Below are positions 10,812-19,926 of a stretch of DNA of 20,000 nt, in pieces; position 1 is the stretch's first letter, and each line of letters starts with the position of its first letter. The notes beneath the pieces were generated by a model. That model made no database searches, had not been told where the DNA came from, and was given only the letters and a program-made list of their open reading frames with translations. Position numbers and translations under genes: made by a program. This DNA is from Chiloscyllium plagiosum. Lineage: Eukaryota. The stretch is from assembly GCF_004010195.1 (NCBI RefSeq), contig NC_057711.1, forward strand, positions 77,305,208 through 77,325,207, given 5' to 3'.

Positions 10812-11578
10812 TAATTCATGGGATGTGCGGGTAGCTGGATGAACCAGCATTAATTGCCCATCCTTAATTGCTCTGGAGAAGGTGGTGGTAAGCTGCCTTT
10901 TTAAGTAACCAATCTTTGGTCTGAGCTGTTAATCAGGGAGTTCCAAGATTTTGCCTGAGTGACAGTGAAGGTACAGCAATGTAAGTCCAAGACAGGATGG
11001 TGTGTGGCTTGGAGGGGAACTTGCAGATTCCCATGCATCTGACTTGTCTTTCAAGGGGTTGAAAAATGTTATCTGAGGAGTTATTGCAGTGCATCTAGTA
11101 GATTGTACAGATTGCAGTCACTGACGGTAAAGAAAATGAACTTTGAAGGTGCTGGATGGCGTGCCAGTCGAGTGGTTTGCTCTATCCTGAAGAAGGGCTT
11201 ATGCCCGAAATGTCAATTCTCAACGTCGATTCTCCTGCTCCTTTGATGCTGCCTGACCTGCTGCGCTTTTCCAGCAACACATTTTTCAGCTCTGATCTCC
11301 AGCATCTGCAGTCCTCACTTTCTCCTTGTTGATTCTGTCCTGAATGGTGTCAAGGTTCTTGAGTCTTAGATCCAAACAAGTGGAGAGTATTTAACTTGTG
11401 CCTTGTAGATGATATTGGGGAAATAGAAGATGAATTACTTGATGCAGCATTCCTAGCCTCTGACCTGTACTCAGAGCCATTATATTTATATGATTGGACC
11501 AGATTAGTTCCTGGTCAATAGGAACCTGCAGGATATTGATAATGGGGATAGTATTCAGTAACAATAATGCTATTGATA
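10812..11578 (-). mobile_element. Older 5'-truncated copy of the single-ORF LINE family (3' ~0.6 kb)
   Basis: Aligns by eye to 1270-1965 (e.g. CCAGCATT.ATTGCCC.TCC, GGTGGTGGT.AGCTGCCTT, TTGGAGGGGAACTT, TTGTGCCTTGT.GAT). Confidence 0.85.
11185..11326 (+). mobile_element. Penelope-like element terminal-repeat fragment carrying a minimal hammerhead ribozyme core
   Basis: CTGAAGA-A-GGGC-TTAT-GCCC-GAAA at 11187-11210, then repeat body also found at 11822-11951 and 13594-13795. Flanked by TCTATCCTGAA (11181-11191) / TCTGTCCTGAA (11334-11344). Confidence 0.75.
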
Positions 11579-11621
11579 ATAAACTGGCAATTCTTTTTCT
11601 TTATTTATACATATGGCACCG

Positions 11622-12298
11622 TTGTCAATAGCTGGGCCAGCATTAATTACCCTCCCTAGTTACCGCTGAGAAAGTGATGGTGAGCTGAGACTCTCTCTTG
11701 TTGGAGATGGTCAATGCCTGGCAGGAACAGGTTTGCTGCATGAATTTTCTGCAAACAGACATAGATTGGTTCAGTATCCAAAGCATTGCAAATGGTACTG
11801 AATATTGTGCAATGTTCAATGAGGAGAAATTGAGGACTGCAGATTCTGGAGAGCCAGAGTTGAAAAGTGTGGCAAATGCCCAAAATGTTGAATTTTCTGC
11901 TCTTCAGATGATGCTTGACCTGCTGTACTTTGCCAGTGCCACGCTCTTCCACAATATTCAATGTGCATCCCATATCTGAGCCTATGACAGAGAGAAGGCC
12001 ATTGATGGAATGGCTGAAGATGACTGGGCCTCGGACACTATCCTGAAGAATTCTTGCTGTGATGTCCTTGGACTTTGGTGACTCACCTCCAACAACCAGA
12101 ATCATTTTCCTTCATGTTAGGTCTGAATTCAACCAGTGGAAAGTTACCCTGCAATTCCTATTGACTTTGTTTTGCTTGGGCCCTTTGATGCCACATTCGA
12201 ACAAATGTGGCCTTGATGTCTAGGACATTCAGTCTGGAATACAGTATTTTTGTTCATGTTTGAACTAAGGCTGTAATAATGTCAGATGCTAAGTGACA
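11622..12298 (-). mobile_element. Third, internally deleted copy of the single-ORF LINE family
   Basis: 11625-11690 matches the family 3' end (1295-1355), then jumps to sequence matching ~1985-2020 and 2690-3105 (QDSVRGP, decayed QGSVLGP). Confidence 0.8.
11822..11951. mobile_element. Penelope-like terminal-repeat insertion with internal inversion
   Basis: 11822-11872 is the reverse complement of the repeat's 3' part and ~11877-11947 is the forward 5' part. 12-bp TSD CAATGTTCAATG (11810-11821) / CAATATTCAATG (11952-11963). Confidence 0.75.
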
Positions 12299-12585
12299 TT
12301 TTGCATTGAATGCTCTGCAACTGCAATCTACATTCTGACAATATAGAGGGAATTTTAACATGGCAATGCATTGATAGTGTCATTGACATGGGAAAGTGGT
12401 GCAATAATCACTCTTGGGGAACACAGAAGTAAGTGCAAAACATCTATATCTGCAGTTTTAGCCCATGACTTGCATTTGCTTCCAGATTTGCATGATGTCA
12501 GTATTAATTCATTATTTAAAATGATGCTGCGAAGATGACAGTTGATGGATAGTGGAGATGGGGAACCAAGAAAATAAAAGTCATT

Positions 12586-12820
12586 ATGCAGTTCCAACAT
12601 GGAAAGTCTGCATCTCATTTCACTGATGCATCAATTGATCTGATGTTGGTCTATGAGAGACCACAGGAAGATAATCTTATCCATTAACAAGAGGAAGGAG
12701 CCTGTCAGTGACAGCAAGAAGGCACAGTTGCACATTTCTCTGGAGTTGAGCAATGGAAGCTTGGTGCTGAACTGCTAGATATAGTACCAGAAGAATTTCA
12801 TTTGTTTGATCAGGGCTGGA
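12586..12820 (+). pseudogene. Harbinger accessory Myb/SANT-like (trihelix, NAIF1-like) DNA-binding domain pseudogene
   Basis: MQFQHGKSASHFTDASIDLML / frameshift / MRDHRKIILSINKRKEPVSDSKKAQLHISLELSNGSLVLNC*I*YQKNFICLIRAG follows the RFS..EL..L...V......LF......KKAW..IA..V.......R...QC.KKF.DL pattern. Confidence 0.7.
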
Positions 12821-13085
12821 AATTGAGTAGAACAATACTATATCCTGCTGTATGTGGCACACCAATCCCTCCGCCTGCCTTCACAAACCAACTCCTGCAC
12901 ATTCCTCACAATAATTTAAATTGATTGCACATCCAACCCTCCATTTGCATTTCCTCACATCCAAAACCATGTACCCACCAGTAATATTATCCCTCATCTT
13001 AATGTAAAATCATGTCTTTTCCTCAAAAGTACCATCAACACATGTGGTCCAATACTTTCTCAAAGATACTTTGTTGGACCCCTTG

Positions 13086-13585
13086 NNNNNNNNNNNNNNN
13101 NNNNNNNNNNNNNNNNNNNNNNNNNNNNNNNNNNNNNNNNNNNNNNNNNNNNNNNNNNNNNNNNNNNNNNNNNNNNNNNNNNNNNNNNNNNNNNNNNNNN
13201 NNNNNNNNNNNNNNNNNNNNNNNNNNNNNNNNNNNNNNNNNNNNNNNNNNNNNNNNNNNNNNNNNNNNNNNNNNNNNNNNNNNNNNNNNNNNNNNNNNNN
13301 NNNNNNNNNNNNNNNNNNNNNNNNNNNNNNNNNNNNNNNNNNNNNNNNNNNNNNNNNNNNNNNNNNNNNNNNNNNNNNNNNNNNNNNNNNNNNNNNNNNN
13401 NNNNNNNNNNNNNNNNNNNNNNNNNNNNNNNNNNNNNNNNNNNNNNNNNNNNNNNNNNNNNNNNNNNNNNNNNNNNNNNNNNNNNNNNNNNNNNNNNNNN
13501 NNNNNNNNNNNNNNNNNNNNNNNNNNNNNNNNNNNNNNNNNNNNNNNNNNNNNNNNNNNNNNNNNNNNNNNNNNNNNNNNNNNNN
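13086..13585. other. Assembly gap (500 N)
   Basis: Run of N; true length unknown. Confidence 1.
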
Positions 13586-13593
13586 TTTGGGAT

Positions 13594-13795
13594 AAGAGTG
13601 TAGTGCTGGAAAAGCACAGCAGGTCAGGCAGCATTCAAGGAGCAGGAGAATCAACATTTCAGATGTAAGCCCTTCATCGGGGCTTATGTCCAAAACATTG
13701 ATTCTCCTGCTCCTTGGATGCTGCTTGACCTACTGCGCTTTTCCAGTATCACACTCTTGACTCTAATCTCCAGCATTTGCAGTCCTCACTTTGTA
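13594..13795. mobile_element. Head-to-head Penelope-like terminal repeats forming a 79-bp-arm inverted repeat
   Basis: 13594-13672 is an imperfect reverse complement of 13680-13758 with a 7-nt spacer (TTCATCG); same family as 11185-11326. Confidence 0.85.
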
Positions 13796-13864
13796 CTAAT
13801 ATTTCAGGTGGGGAGGGGGGGGGGGGAGGTGGTGAGTCTACTATGGTCCATAATAGATGGGGCT

Positions 13865-14010
13865 CTAAAACTGACTTTGACCGAGCTCTTAATCAGTTGC
13901 CCTGGTGACTCACATGATTTGGTGTAACTGTGGACTTATAAAAATTCTGTGAGGCACTAGGATGTCTTGCAATGTTAAAGGATCAACATAAGTGCAATTT
14001 ATTGTTGTTT
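13865..14010 (+). mobile_element. Decayed L2-type LINE 3' end
   Basis: CTAAAACTGACTTTGACCGAGCT resembles the LKT.LFDQAF end. The tail CTGTGAGGCACTAGGATGTCTTGCAATGTTAAAGGATCAACATAAGTGCAATTTATTGTTGTT resembles the L2/Deu-SINE stem-loop and (TTG)n tail. Confidence 0.55.
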
Positions 14011-15777
14011 GCAGATCCAAGTGGTGTGCTTTTGCTATCCTGGTACAAATAGAAACAACTTTTGAAAAAAAATCTTACTTTTCTGGGCCTCTTTTGGCCT
14101 TGATCCACTCCCTAAATCATCATTGACTGTTGGGCTTTGTGGGGTGGGGAAGCTGCGCTGCCTCTCTGCTACAGTCGGAGGTTAATATTGATTACAGGTC
14201 TCAATATTGATTTTGGCGCCCAATTTGCAAGAGAGCCATATAACTTCAGAGCAGGGTCATTGGCAACTGCAAATGAAAACTTCAGTCAACCAAATTGAGG
14301 CAAGAAGCCAGTAAATAATTCCCCTACTACATTATTCCATGTACACCTCTGCCACCTCACCTGATTTCCAATGAGTGTGACATATTAAAATTCTCCCATA
14401 GGCGTTGATGAGCTTGAGCAAATATTCATCAACATATATGGTAATAATTCCATTTGGAATCTGTTACTCTAATTGTCCTGAATGTCAGCTAGCCTAGCCC
14501 AACTTTACAAAGCACTCGGTTTTATTTACAGCAACAGACACTTTGCCTCGATGTCTAAGTCAAATTCTAAATTAAACTCCAAATTGGTATGATTATGATA
14601 CTTTATACAACTTGCCAAGTCTAAAAGTTTCTGCCCTTCTCATTTGTCTTGTGCTTTTTGGCAGTAGTGTACATATTAGGAAGTTGTTAGTGTGCAGTAT
14701 GTTGTTCGATGTTGTCAACATTGATGTTACACTACTGTGGCATCTCAGTGACCTCAGTCTTTAAAAATTTTAAAAACAATGTAAGAAGCAAACATGAACA
14801 AAGGATGCTATAGGACTATATCAAATTCAAATCACTGCACAAACTCCATGAAAGGCTGGAGTTCTGTATTTTTCTTCACAAAAATAACCTTTTTTGCATT
14901 CCAAGTTTGAAATTCTAATGCAATGCAGCAACAAATTCTAATGCAAGGCACAGTATTGAAAAATAATTGAAGTTCACTGTGTTGCAACTGAAATAATATG
15001 GTGTCAAAGAACAAGAACAATCATCATAATCTGGTGATGAAAGTTTAAGATAACTGCCAACCATCATTTGGTAATGCCAACCCAGTTATACTGAACAGCA
15101 ATGACATTTCAAAAGAATTATATTTTTTGTCATGCAGTTTTTGGACGTCCTGACCTCGTAAAAAGTACAATGTAAACTTAAGCCCCTCTTTCTTTTCTTC
15201 GGTCAGGAGTGTGATACAATGTTTTGTCATGTGCAAAGCCAACCAAATTGCTGCAATAAAATGTTGACTTTGTGAGCTAATACGTTCTCTTCATACGGAA
15301 CAGCAATTAATATGTCAGGTTAAGGATTAAGAGGGAAGTGGTGACACATTGCAAAAGGAATGTTTTTCCGATCTGATGCATTAATCTCTCTCAAGTGGAC
15401 CAGGAGTCACTAATGAAGCTGCGGTGAGAAATCTGGAGTAGGGCAGTTAAACTGGAAAAGTGCAAACGCAACTCTGGCACACACTGTTTGATTACCTCAA
15501 CCCTATTCATTTCATTGCAGGCAGCATGGTAAATGGTGGTGAGCAGATTTCCATGATCGCCACATGCAGCTAATGCTACCTGCACTGTTCATTGACTGTA
15601 TGCATTAGCAGGAGACTGGTATTATAAGTGGTTAGCCCTACTTAAAAGAAGTTGGAAGATTTGTGCATTCAGTGCATAAATTTGCAGAAGATGGAGTTGA
15701 AAGATATTTCACATCCTTTGAAGAGCTGAGCTACGAAATGGCCAGGACGTGTTTGTTCTTATATTTTACAATGACAT

Positions 15778-16068
15778 CAGAAAGATTTGGACAGACTTAG
15801 TGAATGGGTAAGAACATACAAATGAAAAATAATGTGGAAAAATGTGAGGTTATCCGCTTTGCTATTCAGATGAGCAGACCATTTCTGAAACGGAAAGAGA
15901 TTAGAAAGTGTAGATGTGCAAAAAGTTGACATTCTTGACAATAGGTCACTGAAGGCTAACATGCAGGTGCAGCAAGATATTGGAAGGTTAGTGGAATGTT
16001 GAGATTTATTGCAAGAGGATTTGAGTCCAAGAAACGGTGAAGTCTTCTATTGTATAGGAACTTGGTTA
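15778..16068 (+). mobile_element. Internal CR1 ORF2 fragment
   Basis: QKDLDRLSEWVRT..MKNNVEKCEVIRF; SLKANMQVQQDIG; FIARGFE; LYRNLV. Confidence 0.85.
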
Positions 16069-16496
16069 GCAACATTCCTCTAATTTTCCTTTCAGCTGCA
16101 CAGGTCTCCAAGGTCCATGTGCAAGTGACTTTTGGAACCAGAAATCAATGACACAATTGAAGGAGATTAGCAGCCAGTCAATCAAACAGCCAACAACTCT
16201 GCAGTTCCAGCCACAACACAGAGAGCGATGGGCATTGCTGCTGTCACATCACCACATTGTCCTGCAAGAAAGAGTGCATTTTTTCAGTGATTGTGATGTA
16301 TGTATTTGTGTGATGTGCTTACAACAGTTGAATAGTTCATAGTACAGTATCTATCGACTGTGCAGTGCATTGAGTTTTTCTCACCTCTCAATATAATCAT
16401 AGCTGATCTAACACGCCAATGCCTTTTATCTATTCCATCCCCATAACCCTGCATACTAGTACTAATCAGAAACTTATCAATTTTTAACTTTTATAA

Positions 16497-16705
16497 AAGC
16501 ATAGTCCCAAAGGACCGTAAGGCTGCTCTCTCCTTAGAGAGAGAGATAACTGATGGTGGATTTTTAACCTCAGGGTCAGCACACCTCAGAGTGGGGGAGA
16601 CCTTGAGAAGGAGAGTCCTTCATGGTAACCACAGCCAGCGCAGGAACTGAACTCATGCTGTTGGCATCACCCTGCATCACAAACCAGCTCTCCAGCCAAT
16701 TAACA
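16497..16705 (-). mobile_element. tRNA-derived SINE, second family, copy 1
   Basis: Minus-strand head with B-box-like GAGTTCAGTTCC, a (CT)n tract and 3' end GACTATGCTTTT; homologous to 16799-16999. Confidence 0.75.
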
Positions 16706-16798
16706 TAATGAACAAACATACTAAATCTGAGCTACTAGGCACTCTGGTACTTTCCAGGTAGCAGTCAGAGCAATATATTCTTTTCCTTCTTTGTAAAT

Positions 16799-16999
16799 AA
16801 AGTTGCCATTGTCCAAGAACACTGCTCTCTCATTAGAGAGAGAGAGGGAGAGAGAGACAAGTGATGATGATTTTAACCTAAGCATCACCATATCTCAGGT
16901 TGAGAAGGCAGGACCTTCTTGGTAACCTCAGCCATTGCAGGAATTGAACCTACACTGTTGGTATTACGTGGCATCACAAACCAGCCATCCAAGCAAACC
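16799..16999 (-). mobile_element. tRNA-derived SINE, second family, copy 2
   Basis: B box GGTTCAATTCC on the minus strand (~16941-16951), expanded (GA)n at 16836-16858, collinear with copy 1. Confidence 0.75.
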
Positions 17000-17177
17000 A
17001 ACTTCTCCCTCCCTAACTTCTCCGTAATATGTTAGCCAATATCTTAATGACAGAAAGAAATATTGGTCAACAGCCCTTTACAAAACTGACCACAGAGGGT
17101 GAAATATGATCAGCATATTACTTCTAAATTACAAATGATTTAGCACACCTTGGAAATTTTGTAAGCTTTGTTTGACT

Positions 17178-17387
17178 TACTGTTGAACATCTGCATTAAA
17201 AATGAATGACAGACTTAGATGTATATTAAATGTGCTTTTCTTAAAATGCTACAAGCGGCGCTGTGAGGCAGCAGTGCTAACCACTGTGCCACCGTGCCAC
17301 CCACCACCTACTGTTGAACATCTGCATTAAAAATGAATGACAGACTTAGATGTATATTAAATGTGCTTTTCTTAAAATGCTACAAGC
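17178..17387. repeat. Perfect 79-bp direct repeat (17178-17256, 17309-17387) flanking a 52-bp insert
   Basis: Base-by-base identical copies TACTGTTGAACATC...AATGCTACAAGC. Confidence 0.97.
17257..17308 (-). mobile_element. Tailless 5' head of an HE1-type SINE (A box only)
   Basis: Reverse complement GGTGGTGGGTGGCACGGTGGCACAGTGGTTAGCACTGCTGCCTCACAGCGCC matches the head of the SINE at 8174-8219; CpGs intact. Confidence 0.9.
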
Positions 17388-17500
17388 CTTTTGGTATAAT
17401 TTTTATTTGCTTATTAGTCCTTGTCTGTTTTCTGTGGTATTGTCCCTGTATCCCATTATGATGTCAATTTCTAATTGAGATGCAGTACTAAGTATATAGT

Positions 17501-17769
17501 TGTTTAACCACAAATGAACTAAAGAAGGTACAGGAGGTCAGCCAGTTCTCTGCATTAAGTTTCCCACAAAGACCAGGAGACCAAAGCATTAAACAACAGG
17601 AGCTTTATTATGGAGGTGTTCACTCTACAGGCAGTAAGGTTAGAATAAGCTGTTTCACCCCAAGATCATCAATGATGTAACCACTATGCCATGTGATCGG
17701 ACTCTTAAAGTGACAGTCCACTGTATTTAATAAGTACGAAACACTCTGATTAACACTGATAGAACAACA
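17501..17769. mobile_element. Possible old solo LTR
   Basis: TGTT...AACA ends, internal TTTATT (minus-strand poly(A) signal) and CTCTTAAAGTGACAGT motif; no TSD found. Confidence 0.3.
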
Positions 17770-18021
17770 TCAATACCAGAGGACTTCTAATAGTGGTAGT
17801 TTGACCATTACGTTCAGAGACAGTACTAGCTGTCATGAAAATAAGTTATGGGTTGACACAGAATGCAATGAGTTCCAGACAATATGAATAGATTATGAAA
17901 CAAAAACAGGAAATGTATGCAAAAATCAAACATGTCAGTCTCTGGTCGGATGCATTCGCCAAGCTGGTGTGGTTTTCTGCAAACATGTCAGCATCTGTAA
18001 AATACCAGACTGCATTCATAC

Positions 18022-18741
18022 AGCAGATGACATGAACCTTGAAAGAAATGTCAACTGTAAGGAGTACAATGCAGAATTCCAAAAGGACATTGACACATTG
18101 GTGAAACGGGTAAATAGGTGGTTGATTAAGTTTAATACAGAGAAGTGTGAGATGGTGCATTTTGGTCAGAAGAACATTGAAAAGCAATTTTAAAGGTGGT
18201 GCAGGAACAGAAGGAGTATTGTGTACAGTTGTGGGTGTCACATTATAGGAATATTTGGGAATGTATAGTAGAGAATGCAAAAACCGTTCCAAGAATGATT
18301 CCAGGAATGAGAAACTTTAGTAATAAAGATAAATTGAAGAAATTGGGATTGTTCTGTTTGAAGAGAAGATGTTTGAGAGGAGATTTGAGAGGTTTTCAAA
18401 ATCATGAGCAGGCTGGGTAGAATAGAAAGGGAAGAATCATTCCCGCTTATGAAAGAGAAAAGGGACCAGAGAGCATCAATTTAAAGTGATGTACGAACAA
18501 AGCAAGGGTGACGTATGAATAAAAAGCTTTTAAATACAGAAAGTTGTTATTGTATGGAACACACTGCCTAGAAATGCCATTAGGCAGGTTCAGTTGAGGT
18601 ATTCAAGAGGACATTGGATGATTACATGGTAAGAAATGATGTGCAGGGATATGGGGGACAGGCACAAAGTAATGGGACTAGTGTGGGCACATGAAGCTAA
18701 TTGGTCTGTTTCTGTACTATAACAATTCTGTGATTCTGTGA
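18022..18741 (+). mobile_element. 5'-truncated, internally deleted CR1 with 3' tail
   Basis: ADD...QKDIDTLVKRVNRWLIKFNTEKCEMVHFG, EYCVQLW, KLKKLGLFCLKRRCLRGDL, WNTLP; tail (ATTCTGTG)2. Confidence 0.9.
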
Positions 18742-18744
18742 AGA

Positions 18745-18790
18745 AAGACAAGGGTAATATTTTGGGTGTAACCCTTCATCAGAACTGGAA
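18745..18790 (-). mobile_element. Short Penelope-type relic with decayed hammerhead core
   Basis: Minus strand CTGATGA-A-GGGT-TAC-ACCC-AAAA, where GAAA has become AAAA, consistent with CpG decay. Confidence 0.55.
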
Positions 18791-18858
18791 ATTGGAAGTT
18801 AAATAAATATTTCACCCTAACAGGAGTATACTTTCTCTGAATTCTTGTTATCTCATTT

Positions 18859-19131
18859 CTGAAGGCTCCCACTTTCCAGCCTTCCCTTTACCTGCGAACA
18901 TCTGTCCCCAATCAGCTTTTGAAAGTTCGTGCCTAATTTAGTCAAAATTGCCCTTTCTCAAATTTAGAACTCCAACTTTTAGATCTGGTCTATCCTTTTC
19001 CATCACAATTTTAAATCTAATAGAATTATGGTCGCTGGCCCCAAAGTGCTCCCCCACTGACACCTCAGTCACCTGCCTTATTTCCCAAGAGAGGTCAAGT
19101 TTTGCACCTTCTCTAGTAGGTACATCCAAAT
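18859..19131 (-). mobile_element. Internal CR1 fragment (end of APE endonuclease)
   Basis: YLDVPTREGAKLDL...GEHFGASDHNSIRFKIVMEKD..VLNLRKGNFD. Confidence 0.9.
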
Positions 19132-19290
19132 AGCTGGTATGGAAACTGTTAGGTTTAGTTGAAAAGTTGTGATTGTTTATGCAGATGTACAGTATGTTTC
19201 CTATGGTGACGAACTTCAAAGCATTTAGACCAACTAAATGGCTTGTTAACTGTTTGAGAAGTATTAAAGGATTATTGTTGTAGTTGTGTT

Positions 19291-19926
19291 ATGAATGCAC
19301 GAAGCATTAGACATAAGGTGGATGAGCTTGAGGCTCTTTTGGAAATTGGCAGATACAATATTGTGGGGATAACTGAGACGAGGCTTCAAGTGGACAGGGC
19401 CTGGGAAATGAATATTCAAGGATACACGTGTTATCGTAAGGACAGACCGACGGGCAGAGGGGGTGGGGTGGCCTTTTGGTAAGGGAGGATATTCAGTCCC
19501 TTGCGCAGGGGGACCTAGAGTCAGGAGATGTAGAGTCAGTGTGGATAGAGCTTCGAAATACTAAGTGTAAAAAGACCCTCTTGGGAGTCATCTACAGGCC
19601 CCCAAACAGTAGTCTGGATGTCGGATGTAAGTTAAATCAGGAGCTGAAATTGGCCTGTCAAAAAGATGTCACTACAGTTGTTATGGGGGATTTTAACATG
19701 CAGGTAGACTGGGAGAATCAGGATGGTATTGGGCCACAAGAAAGAGACTTTGTGGAGTGCCTCAGAGATGGATTCTTAGAGCAGCTGGTGCTGGAGCCCA
19801 CCAGGGAGAAGGCAATTCTGGATCTGGTATTGTGCAACGAACCAGAATTGGTCAGAGACCTCGAAGTGAAGGAGCCATTGGGAAATAGTGACCATAATAC
19901 AATAAGCTTCAATCTGCAATTTGAGA
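19291..19926 (+). mobile_element. Young CR1 ORF2 APE endonuclease domain, one frameshift, no RT or tail
   Basis: NARSIRHKVDEL..IVGITET..GRGGGVA / frameshift ~19475 / ESVWIEL..GVIYRPPN..MGDFN..PTREKAILDLVLCN..LGNSDHN. Confidence 0.95.

Larger units (their letters stand above)
12346..14397 (+). mobile_element. Decayed PIF/Harbinger-type DNA transposon spanning the assembly gap
   Basis: TIRs GAGGGAATTTTAACATGGCA (12346-12365) and TGACATATTAAAATTCTCCC (14378-14397), 16/20 match. 3-bp TSD ATA on both sides. Myb/SANT-like pseudogene 240 bp inside the left TIR. Confidence 0.65.

Noticed and set aside
13010..13693. Five long ORFs of 183-227 aa
   Set aside because: Artefacts of translating through the 500-N gap.
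14910..14946. AAATTCTAATGCAA repeated twice
   Set aside because: Small local duplication in AT-rich DNA with no further structure.
15565..15612. GCTAATGC...GCATTAGC hairpin as a pre-miRNA
   Set aside because: Only 8 contiguous pairs plus a weak extension; too short and compatible with chance.
17178..17387. Repeat-spacer-repeat resembling a CRISPR unit or mini LTR element
   Set aside because: Only two 79-bp repeats, no cas genes, no TG...CA ends, and the spacer is a SINE head.
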